A stretch of DNA of 60,498 nt, from positions 1 through 60,498 of the forward strand of contig DXHS01000069.1 in assembly GCA_019113275.1 (NCBI GenBank), given 5' to 3'. Under the pieces are notes generated by a model. The model saw only the letters and a program-made list of their open reading frames with translations, was not told the DNA's origin and made no database searches. Source of the DNA: Candidatus Protoclostridium stercorigallinarum. GTDB taxonomy: Bacteria; Bacillota; Clostridia; Christensenellales; Pumilibacteraceae. Made by a program: the position numbers and the translations under genes. This document shows positions 18,348-27,757 of this stretch, piece after piece (the first letter of the stretch is position 1; each line of letters begins with the position of its first letter).

Positions 18348-20714
18348 ATGAACGACCCGTTCCATACTCTCGAACTCGACGAGATACTTTCACGCACGGC
18401 GGCATACGCGTCTTCCGAAAAAGGCAAAACGCGCATACTTTCACTGCGCCCGTCTGGCGACGCCGACGAAGTGATACGCCGCCTGAGCCTCACTTCCCAG
18501 GCGCTGAAGCTGCTCACGGATTACAGATACTCAGGCATAGAGAATTTCGCGGATACCGACGAGATCACGGAAAAGGTACGCACGGGCGCGGTACTGTCCA
18601 TGAAGGAACTGCTTGACGTCGCGTCCGTGCTGCGCAGCGCGCGCGTCGCCAAAACGGCGTTGGAAAAGTACCCGAGCGATGTCGACGGCATAAAGGACAT
18701 CGCGTTCCGCATATTTGCGGACAAGTCTCTCGAAGACGACATTTCCCGCGACATAATATCCGAAACGGAAATGAGCGACGCGGCGAGCGATACTCTGCGC
18801 GACATAAGAGTACGCCTGCGCACCATGAAAAACCGTCTTACCGAAAAGCTCGCTTCATATACTCGCAGCAACGAATATTCCGATTATCTCCGCGACAATT
18901 TTTACACCGTTCGCGGCGGCAGATATGTTCTCCCCGTAAAAAGCGAATATCGAAAAAGCGTTCCCGGACTGTTGCACGACCAGTCCGCCACGGGATCGAC
19001 GCTGTTCATAGAGCCCTTCGAGATAGTTTCGATGAACAACGACATAGTCAGGCTCGAGGGCGACGAACACCGCGAGATAGAACGCATCCTCGGAGTATTT
19101 TCCGACCGCGTGCTCGCGCAGTCGGATAACATCACCGACGCGTCCGAAAGGCTCGCTCTTCTCGATATGTATTTCGGCATGGGCAGGTATGCGAGTTCTA
19201 CGGACGCGATACTGCCGAAAGTCAACGATTCGGGAAAGATAGGGCTTATCGGCGCGCGACATCCGCTGATAGACCCGAAACGCGTCGTACCGATAGACAT
19301 CGAAGTGGGCGGCGACTTCAATATCCTGCTCATCTCCGGTCCGAACACGGGCGGCAAGACCGCCTCGCTCAAAACAGTGGGGCTGTTTGCCTGTATGCTT
19401 GCCTGCGGATTATTGCTCCCTTGCAAAGAGGGCAGCGAAATGGCGGTGTTCGACCGCGTGTTCTGCGACATAGGCGACGACCAGGATATAAGCAAAGACC
19501 TGTCCACGTTCTCGTCGCACATCAGGAACCTCACCGAGATAATGACTTCTTTCACGAACGACAGCCTGATCCTCCTCGACGAGATCGGCAGCAGCACGTC
19601 GCCGGACGAAGGCGCCGCGCTCGGTATAGGAGTGCTGGACTATATAGCAGAGACCAAAGCGAAAGCCGTCATAACCACTCACTATCCGCGCCTCAAAGAA
19701 CACGCAATGACGCGCAACGGGATCATGAATGCGGGCATGCAGTTCGACCCCGATACGCTCGAGCCCACGTTCCGCCTGCTCATCGGCTATCCGGGAACGA
19801 GCAACGCTCTCGAAACGGCTAAAAACCTCGGTCTGCCCACGAAAATAATAGACACCGCGAAACAGGCTCTTTCGGGCAGCGAGAATTACGAGACGCTGCT
19901 CGCTCAGGCTTTTGCCATAAAATCCAAAGCGGAAGGCGAACTGAAAGCCGCGGAGGAAGAACGCCGCGCCGCGTCCGGCAGGCTCGCAAAGATCGAAGAG
20001 AGCGAAAAGAAAGTAAAAGACGCGCTCGAACGCATCAACGCGAACGCGAGAGCGGAAACGAAACGCCTCGTGAACAAAGCGGTCGACAAAGCCAACGATA
20101 TCGTAGAACAGATAAAACAGGAACTCAAAGAAGCGGACGAGCGTGCGCTTCTCAAAGCAAAAAGAGACCTCAAACGGTTGGAATCTCTCGCATACGAAGG
20201 GGGCGAAACCACCGACAGCGTCCTTACCGAAGATATCTCCGAAAGCGAGATCGTCCCGGGCGCAAAAGTCGTTATAAAAACTCTGGGCGCACAAGGGTTC
20301 GTCGCGAAGATCCGCCCGGAGAAAAAAGAAGCCGAAGTCAACTGCTCGGGGAAAAGCGTAAAAGTAAAGTTCTCCGATCTCGCAAAACCCGTGGAAACGG
20401 AGCGCATTGCAAGAAAACGCCCGACCGCGGCTCCCGCGCCTTCGGCAGCTCCGTCCGCCGCCCCCGCGGACAAAGAGATCAACGTGATAGGAGAGACGGT
20501 GCTCGACGCCATAGACGCCATAGGTCCGTGGCTGGATAAAGCCGCGTCCCTTCGGCTCACCGAAGTGCGCATAGTCCACGGTAAAGGCACGGGCGCGCTC
20601 GGCAAAGGCATACAGTCATTTCTTCGCTCGCACCCCGCAGTCAAGTCGTTCAGATACGGACGTTACGGTGAAGGAGACATGGGAGTGACCATAGCGGAGC
20701 TGAAACCTATGTGA
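18348..20714 (+). CDS. mutS2: Endonuclease MutS2 (MutS domain V plus C-terminal Smr)
   Basis: Walker A ISGPNTGGKT. C-terminal Smr domain (VRIVHGKGTGALGKGIQSFL). Confidence 0.95.
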   Translation: MNDPFHTLELDEILSRTAAYASSEKGKTRILSLRPSGDADEVIRRLSLTSQALKLLTDYRYSGIENFADTDEITEKVRTGAVLSMKELLDVASVLRSARVAKTALEKYPSDVDGIKDIAFRIFADKSLEDDISRDIISETEMSDAASDTLRDIRVRLRTMKNRLTEKLASYTRSNEYSDYLRDNFYTVRGGRYVLPVKSEYRKSVPGLLHDQSATGSTLFIEPFEIVSMNNDIVRLEGDEHREIERILGVFSDRVLAQSDNITDASERLALLDMYFGMGRYASSTDAILPKVNDSGKIGLIGARHPLIDPKRVVPIDIEVGGDFNILLISGPNTGGKTASLKTVGLFACMLACGLLLPCKEGSEMAVFDRVFCDIGDDQDISKDLSTFSSHIRNLTEIMTSFTNDSLILLDEIGSSTSPDEGAALGIGVLDYIAETKAKAVITTHYPRLKEHAMTRNGIMNAGMQFDPDTLEPTFRLLIGYPGTSNALETAKNLGLPTKIIDTAKQALSGSENYETLLAQAFAIKSKAEGELKAAEEERRAASGRLAKIEESEKKVKDALERINANARAETKRLVNKAVDKANDIVEQIKQELKEADERALLKAKRDLKRLESLAYEGGETTDSVLTEDISESEIVPGAKVVIKTLGAQGFVAKIRPEKKEAEVNCSGKSVKVKFSDLAKPVETERIARKRPTAAPAPSAAPSAAPADKEINVIGETVLDAIDAIGPWLDKAASLRLTEVRIVHGKGTGALGKGIQSFLRSHPAVKSFRYGRYGEGDMGVTIAELKPM

Positions 20715-20771
20715 TCGCGGTCAACATCTTTAACAAATACGATAATTTTTTAAGAAATTTTAACATAATGA

Positions 20772-20800
20772 TTGACATATCGTAAAATTCCTGTTATAAT
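20772..20800 (+). promoter_or_regulatory. sigmaA-type promoter TTGACA-17-TATAAT
   Basis: Perfect consensus read directly. 53-nt leader with a GGAGG RBS. Confidence 0.7.
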
Positions 20801-20853
20801 TCCTCTCGCAAATATATCCGCTTTCGCGGAAAACTTACGGAGGATGATATTCT

Positions 20854-21249
20854 ATGATCGACGAATTCAGGAATTATGTACTAAAAGCTACGTCCGGATA
20901 TCTGGTCGGTATGGGGATATATCCCAACATCGCCGGATACACGCATTTGCTCAGCACGATATACATAGCCGCAAAGCGCGGGCTGCGCGGTTTGTCCGTA
21001 TGCGAGCTGTATTCCGAAGCGGGGAGAACTTCGGGCAAATCGGGCGCCGCCGTGGAGCGCGCCATACGCAATGCGATAAACAAATGCGTGGCAGAAGGAA
21101 GACTGCATGTTCTCAACGGATATTTCGGGCACGAAATATTTTCGGAAAAATTTCCGCCGCGTTCGGGCGAACTGATATTCCTGCTTGCGGACAAAGTGCG
21201 CGCAGATTATACGGAGCTCAAAGGCACGGACATTCCCGACGAAGAATAG
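20854..21249 (+). CDS. Stand-alone Spo0A C-terminal (0A-box DNA-binding) domain protein, no receiver domain
   Basis: GIYPNIAGYTHLLSTI, VERAIRNAINK and SGELIFLLADKVR parallel B. subtilis Spo0A GVPAHIKGYLYLREAI, VERAIRHAIEV and NSEFIAMVADKLR. Confidence 0.85.
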   Translation: MIDEFRNYVLKATSGYLVGMGIYPNIAGYTHLLSTIYIAAKRGLRGLSVCELYSEAGRTSGKSGAAVERAIRNAINKCVAEGRLHVLNGYFGHEIFSEKFPPRSGELIFLLADKVRADYTELKGTDIPDEE

Positions 21250-21351
21250 TTCGCCGCCTGCGATAAGAACAAAAAAAAACGAAACTCACACGACATCCGC
21301 CCCATATTCGCTCCGACGGCAAAAAACTTCGCACAACTCCGCGCATTATAC

Positions 21352-21380
21352 TTGACAAGCGGACAAGTATGCGTTAAAAT
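21352..21380 (+). promoter_or_regulatory. sigmaA-type promoter TTGACA-17-TAAAAT
   Basis: Read directly. Drives the thrS T-box leader. Confidence 0.7.
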
Positions 21381-21386
21381 AGACGC

Positions 21387-21618
21387 ACAAGTGAATTTTC
21401 GCATATCCGAGGACAAGTAACGACGGATAACGGTGCGGATAAGAGAGCGTCCCGCGAGGCTGAGACGGGCGCACGCATCGCCGGAGCGAAACCGCCGCGG
21501 AGCGGAACGCCATGCGCATGGCGAAAAGCGCAAAGCAAGGCCGCCTCGAGCGGCGAAATAAGGTGGAACCACGGTCTGACACATCGTCCTTAAGATCTTC
21601 TTAAGGACTTTTTATTTT
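21387..21618 (+). promoter_or_regulatory. T-box leader, Thr specifier (ACC)
   Basis: AGAGAG box. GAA-ACC-G specifier at 21491-21493. T-box motif AAUAAGGUGGAACCACGG at about 21557-21575. Terminator GTCCTTAAG/CTTAAGGAC plus U-run at 21586-21618. Confidence 0.88.
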
Positions 21619-21660
21619 ACATTGCCGTTAATCAACGGCAGGAAAGCAACGGAGGTAAAA

Positions 21661-23601
21661 ATGACGGTAACTCTCAAAGACGGTTCGACGATACAAGCCG
21701 AACAGGGAGAAAAGATCATCGACGTAACGAAACGCATCAGCGAAGGGCTGGCGAGAAACGCCCTCATCGCGCGCATGAACGGCAAGCTTGTCGATCTCAC
21801 GCGCACGATCGACGAGGACTGCACTCTCGAGATACTGACGTTCAAAGACGAGGAGGGCAGGAACGCATACCGCCATACTTGCGCGCACATACTTGCACAG
21901 GCCGTCAAGAACCTCTATCCCGACGCTAAACTCGCGATAGGTCCCGCGATAAAGACGGGGTTCTATTACGATTTCGACCTGCCTTCGCCCATAACGATGG
22001 ACGATCTGCCGCGCATAGAAAAGGAGATGGAATCCATCATAAAGGCCGATCTTCCCATCGAGCGCAGCGTAGTCACGCGCAAACAGGCGCTCACGCGCAT
22101 GCGCGGCTTCGACGAGATATACAAACTTCAGCTCATCGAGGATCTTCCTCGTGGCAGCGAGATAACACTGTACACACAGGGAAATTTCGTCGACCTCTGC
22201 GCGGGACCTCACCTCATGAGCACAGGCAAAGTCAAGTGCTTCAAACTCACGCAGATCACGGGTGCGTACTGGCGCGGCAACGAGCAGAACAAAATGCTCA
22301 CCCGCATATACGGCACGGCATTCGAAAAGAAGTCCGAACTCACCGAATATCTCAACGCCGTCGAAGAGGCTAAAAAGCGCGACCACAACAAGCTGGGCAG
22401 GGAACTCGGCATATTCATGACAGACGAACTCGTCGGTCAGGGACTGCCGCTGCTCATGCCCAACGGAGCGAAGCTGTTCCAGATACTCCAGCGTTTCGTG
22501 GAGAACGAGGAAGAACGCCGCGGATATATGCTCACCAAAACGCCGTACATGGCAAAGAGCGATCTCTATAAGATATCCGGGCATTGGGATCACTACAAAG
22601 ACGGCATGTTCCTGCTCGGCGACGAAGCTATGGACGACGAAGTCATGGCTCTCCGCCCGATGACATGCCCGTTCCAGTATCTCATATACAAAAACGGCAT
22701 CAAGAGCTACCGCGATCTGCCCTGCAGATACAACGAAACATCCACGCTCTTCCGTAACGAGAGCAGCGGCGAAATGCACGGCCTGACGCGCGTCCGTCAG
22801 TTCACGCTTTCCGAAGCGCACATCATCTGTGCTCCCGAACATGTAGAAGAGGAGTTCAAAAACGTATTCGAGCTCATCCTTTACATGGAAAAATGCCTCG
22901 GGATTTCCGACGAGATATCGTACAGATTCTCCAAGTGGGATCCAAAGAAAAAGACGAAGTACATCAACAATCCCAAGGCGTGGACGGAAACGCAGACGCT
23001 CATGAAAAAGATCCTCGACGATCTCGGCATAAATTATGTCGAGGCGGACGGCGAAGCGGCGTTCTACGGACCCAAACTCGACCTGCAGGCGCGCAACGTC
23101 TGGGGCAAAGAGGATACGATAATCACCATACAGCTCGACTTTGCCGCAGCGGAAAGATTCGACATGTTCTATGTCGCCGAAGACGGTACCCGTAAGCGTC
23201 CCATGGTCATACACCGTTCGTCGATAGGCAGCTATGAAAGAACGATCGCCATGCTCATCGAAAAGTACGCGGGAGCGTTCCCGGTGTGGATGTCGCCCAA
23301 TCAGGTCAAAGTGCTCGCGCTGACGGACAGGACTGCCGATAAATGCAAAGAGATAGTTTCCCGTCTGCACGCTCTCGGCATCCGCGCGACGAGCGACCTG
23401 CGCAACGAAAAGATAGGCTTCAAGATAAGAGAAGCGCAGCTCGAAAAGACCCCTTACATGCTCATAATAGGCGACCGCGAAGCGGAAGAGGACAAAGTTT
23501 CCGTCAGAGCGAGAAAAGCGGGGGATCTCGGCACGATGACCTTCGACGAGTTCGCTACACGGATAAAGAACGAGATAGAGACCTTCTCTTTGGAAAACTG
23601 A
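21661..23601 (+). CDS. thrS: Threonine--tRNA ligase
   Basis: GGAGG RBS before ATG 21661. TGS domain start MTVTLKDGS. Editing-domain motif HTCAHILAQAV. Class II core. Confidence 0.97.
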   Translation: MTVTLKDGSTIQAEQGEKIIDVTKRISEGLARNALIARMNGKLVDLTRTIDEDCTLEILTFKDEEGRNAYRHTCAHILAQAVKNLYPDAKLAIGPAIKTGFYYDFDLPSPITMDDLPRIEKEMESIIKADLPIERSVVTRKQALTRMRGFDEIYKLQLIEDLPRGSEITLYTQGNFVDLCAGPHLMSTGKVKCFKLTQITGAYWRGNEQNKMLTRIYGTAFEKKSELTEYLNAVEEAKKRDHNKLGRELGIFMTDELVGQGLPLLMPNGAKLFQILQRFVENEEERRGYMLTKTPYMAKSDLYKISGHWDHYKDGMFLLGDEAMDDEVMALRPMTCPFQYLIYKNGIKSYRDLPCRYNETSTLFRNESSGEMHGLTRVRQFTLSEAHIICAPEHVEEEFKNVFELILYMEKCLGISDEISYRFSKWDPKKKTKYINNPKAWTETQTLMKKILDDLGINYVEADGEAAFYGPKLDLQARNVWGKEDTIITIQLDFAAAERFDMFYVAEDGTRKRPMVIHRSSIGSYERTIAMLIEKYAGAFPVWMSPNQVKVLALTDRTADKCKEIVSRLHALGIRATSDLRNEKIGFKIREAQLEKTPYMLIIGDREAEEDKVSVRARKAGDLGTMTFDEFATRIKNEIETFSLEN

Positions 23602-23653
23602 TAAAAGCGGGAACACCCGAAAAATAATTTCCCGGAAAATGCGGGAAAAACGG

Positions 23654-23682
23654 TTGACAAACGTAACGGTTTCGCATATAAT
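23654..23682 (+). promoter_or_regulatory. sigmaA-type promoter TTGACA-17-TATAAT
   Basis: Perfect consensus read directly upstream of infC-rpmI-rplT. Confidence 0.7.
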
Positions 23683-23689
23683 ATTCGTG

Positions 23690-23820
23690 TTGAAAGCAGA
23701 TCTCGTGTCTCACCGTTCGGGCTTGCTCGGAACGGTAACGCAATATCATAACCGAAACAGCAAATGTTTTATTGTCGGCAATGAGCGTGAAGATACTGTT
23801 TTCACGCTCATTCTTTTTCG
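23690..23820 (+). promoter_or_regulatory. Ribosomal protein L20 leader-like attenuator
   Basis: Structured leader ending in the terminator AATGAGCGTGAA/TTCACGCTCATT plus CTTTTT (23780-23818), just before the infC RBS. The position matches the Firmicute L20 leader. Confidence 0.6.
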
Positions 23821-23832
23821 GAGGTCACGATC

Positions 23833-24357
23833 ATAATAAACAAACAGCCCGAGGTGGAAATCAATCAAAAGATCCGCGATCGCGAGATACGGCTTATCGG
23901 CGAAGACGGCGAACAGCTCGGTATCATGAGTGCGGAAGCGGCTAACAGGATCGCTGACGAGCGTAATCTCGACCTCGTCAAGATCAGTCCGCAGGCAAAA
24001 CCGCCCGTGTGCAAGCTGATGGACTACAGCAAATACAAATTCGAAAAGTCCAAGAAGGAGAAGGAAGCCAAAAAGAATCAGAAGCAGAACGAGCTGAAGA
24101 AGATCTGGCTTTCCATGACCATCGACAGGCACGACCTCGAAACAAAGGCTCGCTCCGCCGCAAAATTCTGCGTAGCGGGCAATAAAGTAGAGGTCTCGAT
24201 AAGAATGAAAGGTCGCCAGCAGGCTCATGCCAAGCTGGGCGTGGGAGTCATGCACGATTTCTATTCAATAATAGAAGACGTTTGCGTTATCGAAAAAGCT
24301 CCGACTACGGAAGGGCGCAACATACTCATGATAATAGCTCCCAAAAAACAAGTCTGA
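23833..24357 (+). CDS. infC: Translation initiation factor IF-3 (probable non-AUG start)
   Basis: GGAGG at 23820-23824. In-frame ATC 23830, ATA 23833 and ATA 23836 precede the track GTG 23854. INQKIRDREIRLIGEDGEQLG. Confidence 0.9.
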   Translation: MINKQPEVEINQKIRDREIRLIGEDGEQLGIMSAEAANRIADERNLDLVKISPQAKPPVCKLMDYSKYKFEKSKKEKEAKKNQKQNELKKIWLSMTIDRHDLETKARSAAKFCVAGNKVEVSIRMKGRQQAHAKLGVGVMHDFYSIIEDVCVIEKAPTTEGRNILMIIAPKKQV

Positions 24358-24384
24358 AAATAACTTTACGGAGGGTAAATATAC

Positions 24385-24588
24385 ATGCCTAAAATGAAGA
24401 GCCACAGCGGCGCGAAGAAACGTTTCCGCGTCAGCAAGAGCGGCAAAGTAAAACGCAATTATCAGAATAAAAACCATATTCTGACCAAGAAAGACAGTAA
24501 GAGAAAGATGAAGCTCCGTCAGGGAGCGTACCTTGCTTCCGCAGAGGAATCCAAGACGGTCAGAGTAATGCTGCAGGGCAGGAGGTAA
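24385..24588 (+). CDS. rpmI: 50S ribosomal protein L35
   Basis: [14 protein letters not shown]... Confidence 0.97.
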   Translation: MPKMKSHSGAKKRFRVSKSGKVKRNYQNKNHILTKKDSKRKMKLRQGAYLASAEESKTVRVMLQGRR

Positions 24589-24594
24589 TTTCGC

Positions 24595-24945
24595 ATGAGG
24601 ATCAAGAGAAGCGTAAACGCACTTAAAAAGCGCAGAAAGATAATGAAGCTCGCTAAGGGCTATTTCGGTTCCAAGTCGCGCTCCTACAGGATCGCGCGCG
24701 AAGCCGTTATGAAGTCCCAGATGTACGCGTTCATCGGACGCCGCCGCAAGAAGAGAGATTTCCGCAGACTTTGGATCGCGAGGATCAACGCGGCTGCAAG
24801 ACTGAACGGTATGTCTTACAGCAAATTCATGCACGGTCTCAAAGCCAGCGGTATCGACCTCAACAGAAAGGTGCTTGCGGATATCGCGGTGACCGATCGC
24901 GCTACGTTCGCGAAGCTCGCCGAAAAAGCCAAGGCTGCGCAATAA
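24595..24945 (+). CDS. rplT: 50S ribosomal protein L20
   Basis: [20 protein letters not shown]... Confidence 0.97.
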   Translation: MRIKRSVNALKKRRKIMKLAKGYFGSKSRSYRIAREAVMKSQMYAFIGRRRKKRDFRRLWIARINAAARLNGMSYSKFMHGLKASGIDLNRKVLADIAVTDRATFAKLAEKAKAAQ

Positions 24946-24955
24946 TGCCGAATAA

Positions 24956-24982
24956 AACAGAAGCTGCTTGGCTTCTGTTTTT
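24956..24982 (+). terminator. Rho-independent terminator
   Basis: AACAGAAGC / GCTTCTGTT plus TTTTT. Confidence 0.8.
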
Positions 24983-24993
24983 GGTTTGAGGAT

Positions 24994-25737
24994 ATGATCA
25001 TAACATCGCGCGCAAACAAGACCGCGAAGCTGATAACTTCGCTCTCGCACAAAAAATACCGCGACGAGACGGGGCTGTTCGTCGTCGAAGGCAAACGCTG
25101 GGTGGATGATGCTCTCGCTTATGCGCCCGCGTCCGTGCGGACGGTGATCGCTTCGCCGTCTTGCGCGGAAGAGTACCCGAGCGCCGTCGTCTTTTCGGAC
25201 GAACTGCTCTCGTCGGTATGCGAGACCGTCACATCGCAGGGCGTCGCCGCGATACTCGAAAAACCGAGACCGCGCGCCGAGATCGGCGAACTCATACTCT
25301 TTCTTGACGGTATACGCGATCCCGGAAACCTCGGTACGCTCATCCGCACCGCCTGCGCGGCGGGATTCAACGACATATTCCTGCGCGGCTGCACCGACGC
25401 ATACTCGGGCAAAGCTGTACGCAGCACGATGTCTGCGCTGCTCAAGATAAACTTGCGGGACGGCGGTATCGATGACCTCGTGAGGCTGAAAGAAAACGGC
25501 TGCACCGTAGTCGGCGCAGACATGTCGGGCAAGTCGTTATTCGAACTGCCCGCGCCTCGCGGTAAAGTATGTATCGTCATCGGCGGAGAAGCGGACGGTA
25601 TCACGGATGAAGCCGCCGGACAGTGCGACGTTATGTCGTCCATACCCATGACGGGCGATATCGAATCGCTGAACGCGGCAGTCAGCGGCGCGATAATGAT
25701 GTACGAAACGATAAGAAAACGCATTTTCGAAAAATAA
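24994..25737 (+). CDS. TrmH/SpoU-family RNA 2'-O-methyltransferase
   Basis: LDGIRDPGNLGTLIRTA, IVIGGEADGI, IPMTGDIESLNAAVSGAI. Confidence 0.9.
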   Translation: MIITSRANKTAKLITSLSHKKYRDETGLFVVEGKRWVDDALAYAPASVRTVIASPSCAEEYPSAVVFSDELLSSVCETVTSQGVAAILEKPRPRAEIGELILFLDGIRDPGNLGTLIRTACAAGFNDIFLRGCTDAYSGKAVRSTMSALLKINLRDGGIDDLVRLKENGCTVVGADMSGKSLFELPAPRGKVCIVIGGEADGITDEAAGQCDVMSSIPMTGDIESLNAAVSGAIMMYETIRKRIFEK

Positions 25738-25755
25738 TCCAAGGAGATCAATTTT

Positions 25756-26490
25756 ATGTCAGGACATTCCAAGTGGCACAACATACAGCAGGCTAAGGGC
25801 AAAGCCGACGCGGCAAGAGGCAAGATCTTCACCAAGATCGGCAGAGAGATAGCCGTTGCGGTCAAAGCGGGCGGCCCCGATCCCTCGTCCAATGCGGCGC
25901 TCCGCGCGGTGATAGATAAAGCCAAAGCAAACAACATGCCCAAAGACAATATCACGAGGAGCATACAGAAGGCAAACGGCGAACTCGGCAGCATAAACTA
26001 CGAGAGCATAGTTTACGAGGGATACGGTACAAACGGCGTAGCCGTCATCGTGGAAGCCCTTACGGATAACAAAAACCGCACGGGCGGCGAAGTCAGACAC
26101 ATCTTCGATAAAGCGGGCGGCAGCCTGGGAACGAGCGGTTGCGTGTCGTATATGTTCGACACCAAGGGCGTCATAACCGTTCTGCGTAAAGAAGGCATGG
26201 ACGACGACGAAATGATGATGGCGGCTCTCGACGCCGGCGCGGAAGACTTCGACGTGGACGGGGACTACTACGAGATAGTCACGAGCCCGACGGATTTTGC
26301 CTCCGTGCGCGACGCTCTCGCCGCCGCGGGCATAGAGTACGAATCCGCCGAGCTGCAGCGTATCCCGCAGAACACGATATTCTTAGACGACGAGAGCCGC
26401 GATAAACTGCTCAAGATGCTGGACGCGTTCGAAGACAACGACGACGTTCAGAACGTATATCACAACGCGGAGTACAACGAGGAGGAGTGA
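25756..26490 (+). CDS. YebC/PmpR-family DNA-binding regulator
   Basis: [23 protein letters not shown]. Confidence 0.95.
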   Translation: MSGHSKWHNIQQAKGKADAARGKIFTKIGREIAVAVKAGGPDPSSNAALRAVIDKAKANNMPKDNITRSIQKANGELGSINYESIVYEGYGTNGVAVIVEALTDNKNRTGGEVRHIFDKAGGSLGTSGCVSYMFDTKGVITVLRKEGMDDDEMMMAALDAGAEDFDVDGDYYEIVTSPTDFASVRDALAAAGIEYESAELQRIPQNTIFLDDESRDKLLKMLDAFEDNDDVQNVYHNAEYNEEE

Positions 26491-26493
26491 TCC

Positions 26494-27747
26494 ATGAAGA
26501 CCGTAGCGGAGACCTGTAAAGCGGCAAAGGAAAACGTAGCATATCCCGCGCTGCTTTCGAGCGAAGACAAAAACAGGATGCTCGCCGTTATCGCGGACGC
26601 GCTCGAAGCCGATTCTTCGTCCATACTCGCCGCGAACGCGGAAGACATAGAGCGCGGCAAAGAACTGCCCGCGCATATCATAGACCGGCTCCGCCTGACC
26701 GATGAACGCATAAAAGGGATCGCCGAAGGCATACGCCAGATAATAGCGCTCGACGACCCCGTCGGCAAAGTGCTCGCGCATTGGGTCAATCATGCCGGGC
26801 TGGAGATCAGCCGCGTATCAACACCGCTCGGAGTGATCGGCATAATTTACGAAGCCCGCCCCAACGTGACCTGCGATGTAGCCGCGCTGTGCATCAAGAC
26901 TGGCAACGCCGTCGTCCTCAGAGGCAGCAAAGACGCGTATGTCACCAATTCCGAACTCGTGCGTTCCATGAAGAACGCGCTTGAAAAGAACGGTTTCGAA
27001 AGCGGCTTCATACAGCTCATAGAAGACACCACGAGAAAAGGCGCGGAGGACTTCATGCACGCGGACGAATACGTCGATGTGCTCGTGCCGAGAGGCTCTG
27101 CCAACCTCATACAAACGACGAAGAAAAACGCCACGATACCCGTCATCGAAACGGGAGCTGGCAACTGCCATTTGTATCTCGAAAAGACGGGCGATATCTC
27201 CATGGCAAAAGATATATTGCTCAACGGCAAATTGCAGCGCCCCAGCGTATGCAACGCGCTCGAAAGCATGCTCGTCGACCGTGAGATCGCGTCCGAAGCG
27301 CTGCCCGTACTTCTCGGCGCGCTCCTCGATAAGAACGTAACGATACACGCCTGCGCGGAAACGATGTCCGCATGCCCCTCGCTTGCGGATAAGCTGATAC
27401 CCGCCGGCGACGACGATTACGGCAGGGAATACCTCGGCTACGAGATATCCTGCAAGCTCGTTTCGGGCGCGGAAGAAGCGATAGCACACATAAACAAATA
27501 CGGTACGCACCACAGCGACGTCATTATAACGAAAGACGAAGCGGCTGCGGAAAAATTCCGCAGAGAAGTGGACAGTGCCGCGGTGTACGTCAACGCGTCC
27601 ACGCGCTTTACCGACGGTTTTGAATTCGGGTTCGGAGCAGAGCTGGGCATATCCACGCAAAAGCTCCACGCAAGAGGGCCCCTCGGTCCCGAACAACTCA
27701 CGAGCTTCAAGTACATCGTCACCGGCAACGGACAGTGCCGCAAGTAA
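26494..27747 (+). CDS. proA: Glutamate-5-semialdehyde dehydrogenase
   Basis: GVIGIIYEARPNVT.D..ALC.K.GNAVVLRG; 417 aa. Confidence 0.95.
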   Translation: MKTVAETCKAAKENVAYPALLSSEDKNRMLAVIADALEADSSSILAANAEDIERGKELPAHIIDRLRLTDERIKGIAEGIRQIIALDDPVGKVLAHWVNHAGLEISRVSTPLGVIGIIYEARPNVTCDVAALCIKTGNAVVLRGSKDAYVTNSELVRSMKNALEKNGFESGFIQLIEDTTRKGAEDFMHADEYVDVLVPRGSANLIQTTKKNATIPVIETGAGNCHLYLEKTGDISMAKDILLNGKLQRPSVCNALESMLVDREIASEALPVLLGALLDKNVTIHACAETMSACPSLADKLIPAGDDDYGREYLGYEISCKLVSGAEEAIAHINKYGTHHSDVIITKDEAAAEKFRREVDSAAVYVNASTRFTDGFEFGFGAELGISTQKLHARGPLGPEQLTSFKYIVTGNGQCRK

Positions 27748-27757
27748 AGGCGGAGGA

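Noticed and set aside
20772-21266. A 164-aa ORF overlapping the Spo0A_C-like gene in another frame.
   Set aside because: It starts inside the -35 box of the promoter, is Arg-rich, and has no RBS. The 20854 frame has clear Spo0A homology.
21628-23616. A 662-aa ORF antisense to thrS. Similar very long antisense ORFs occur at 58685..60298, 6350..7657, 28917..30212, 30206..31372, 15433..16692, 19410..20579, 35668..36903, 34664..35659, 40262..41356, 42606..43661, 46649..47839, 49358..50389 and 26818..27789.
   Set aside because: Those I checked (thrS, rny, argH, helicase) are codon-aligned mirror frames of strongly supported genes. They stay open because the sense genes avoid TTA, CTA and TCA codons. 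The translations are R/F/H/Y/V-rich, with no motifs and no RBS. This is a codon-usage artefact, not overlapping genes.
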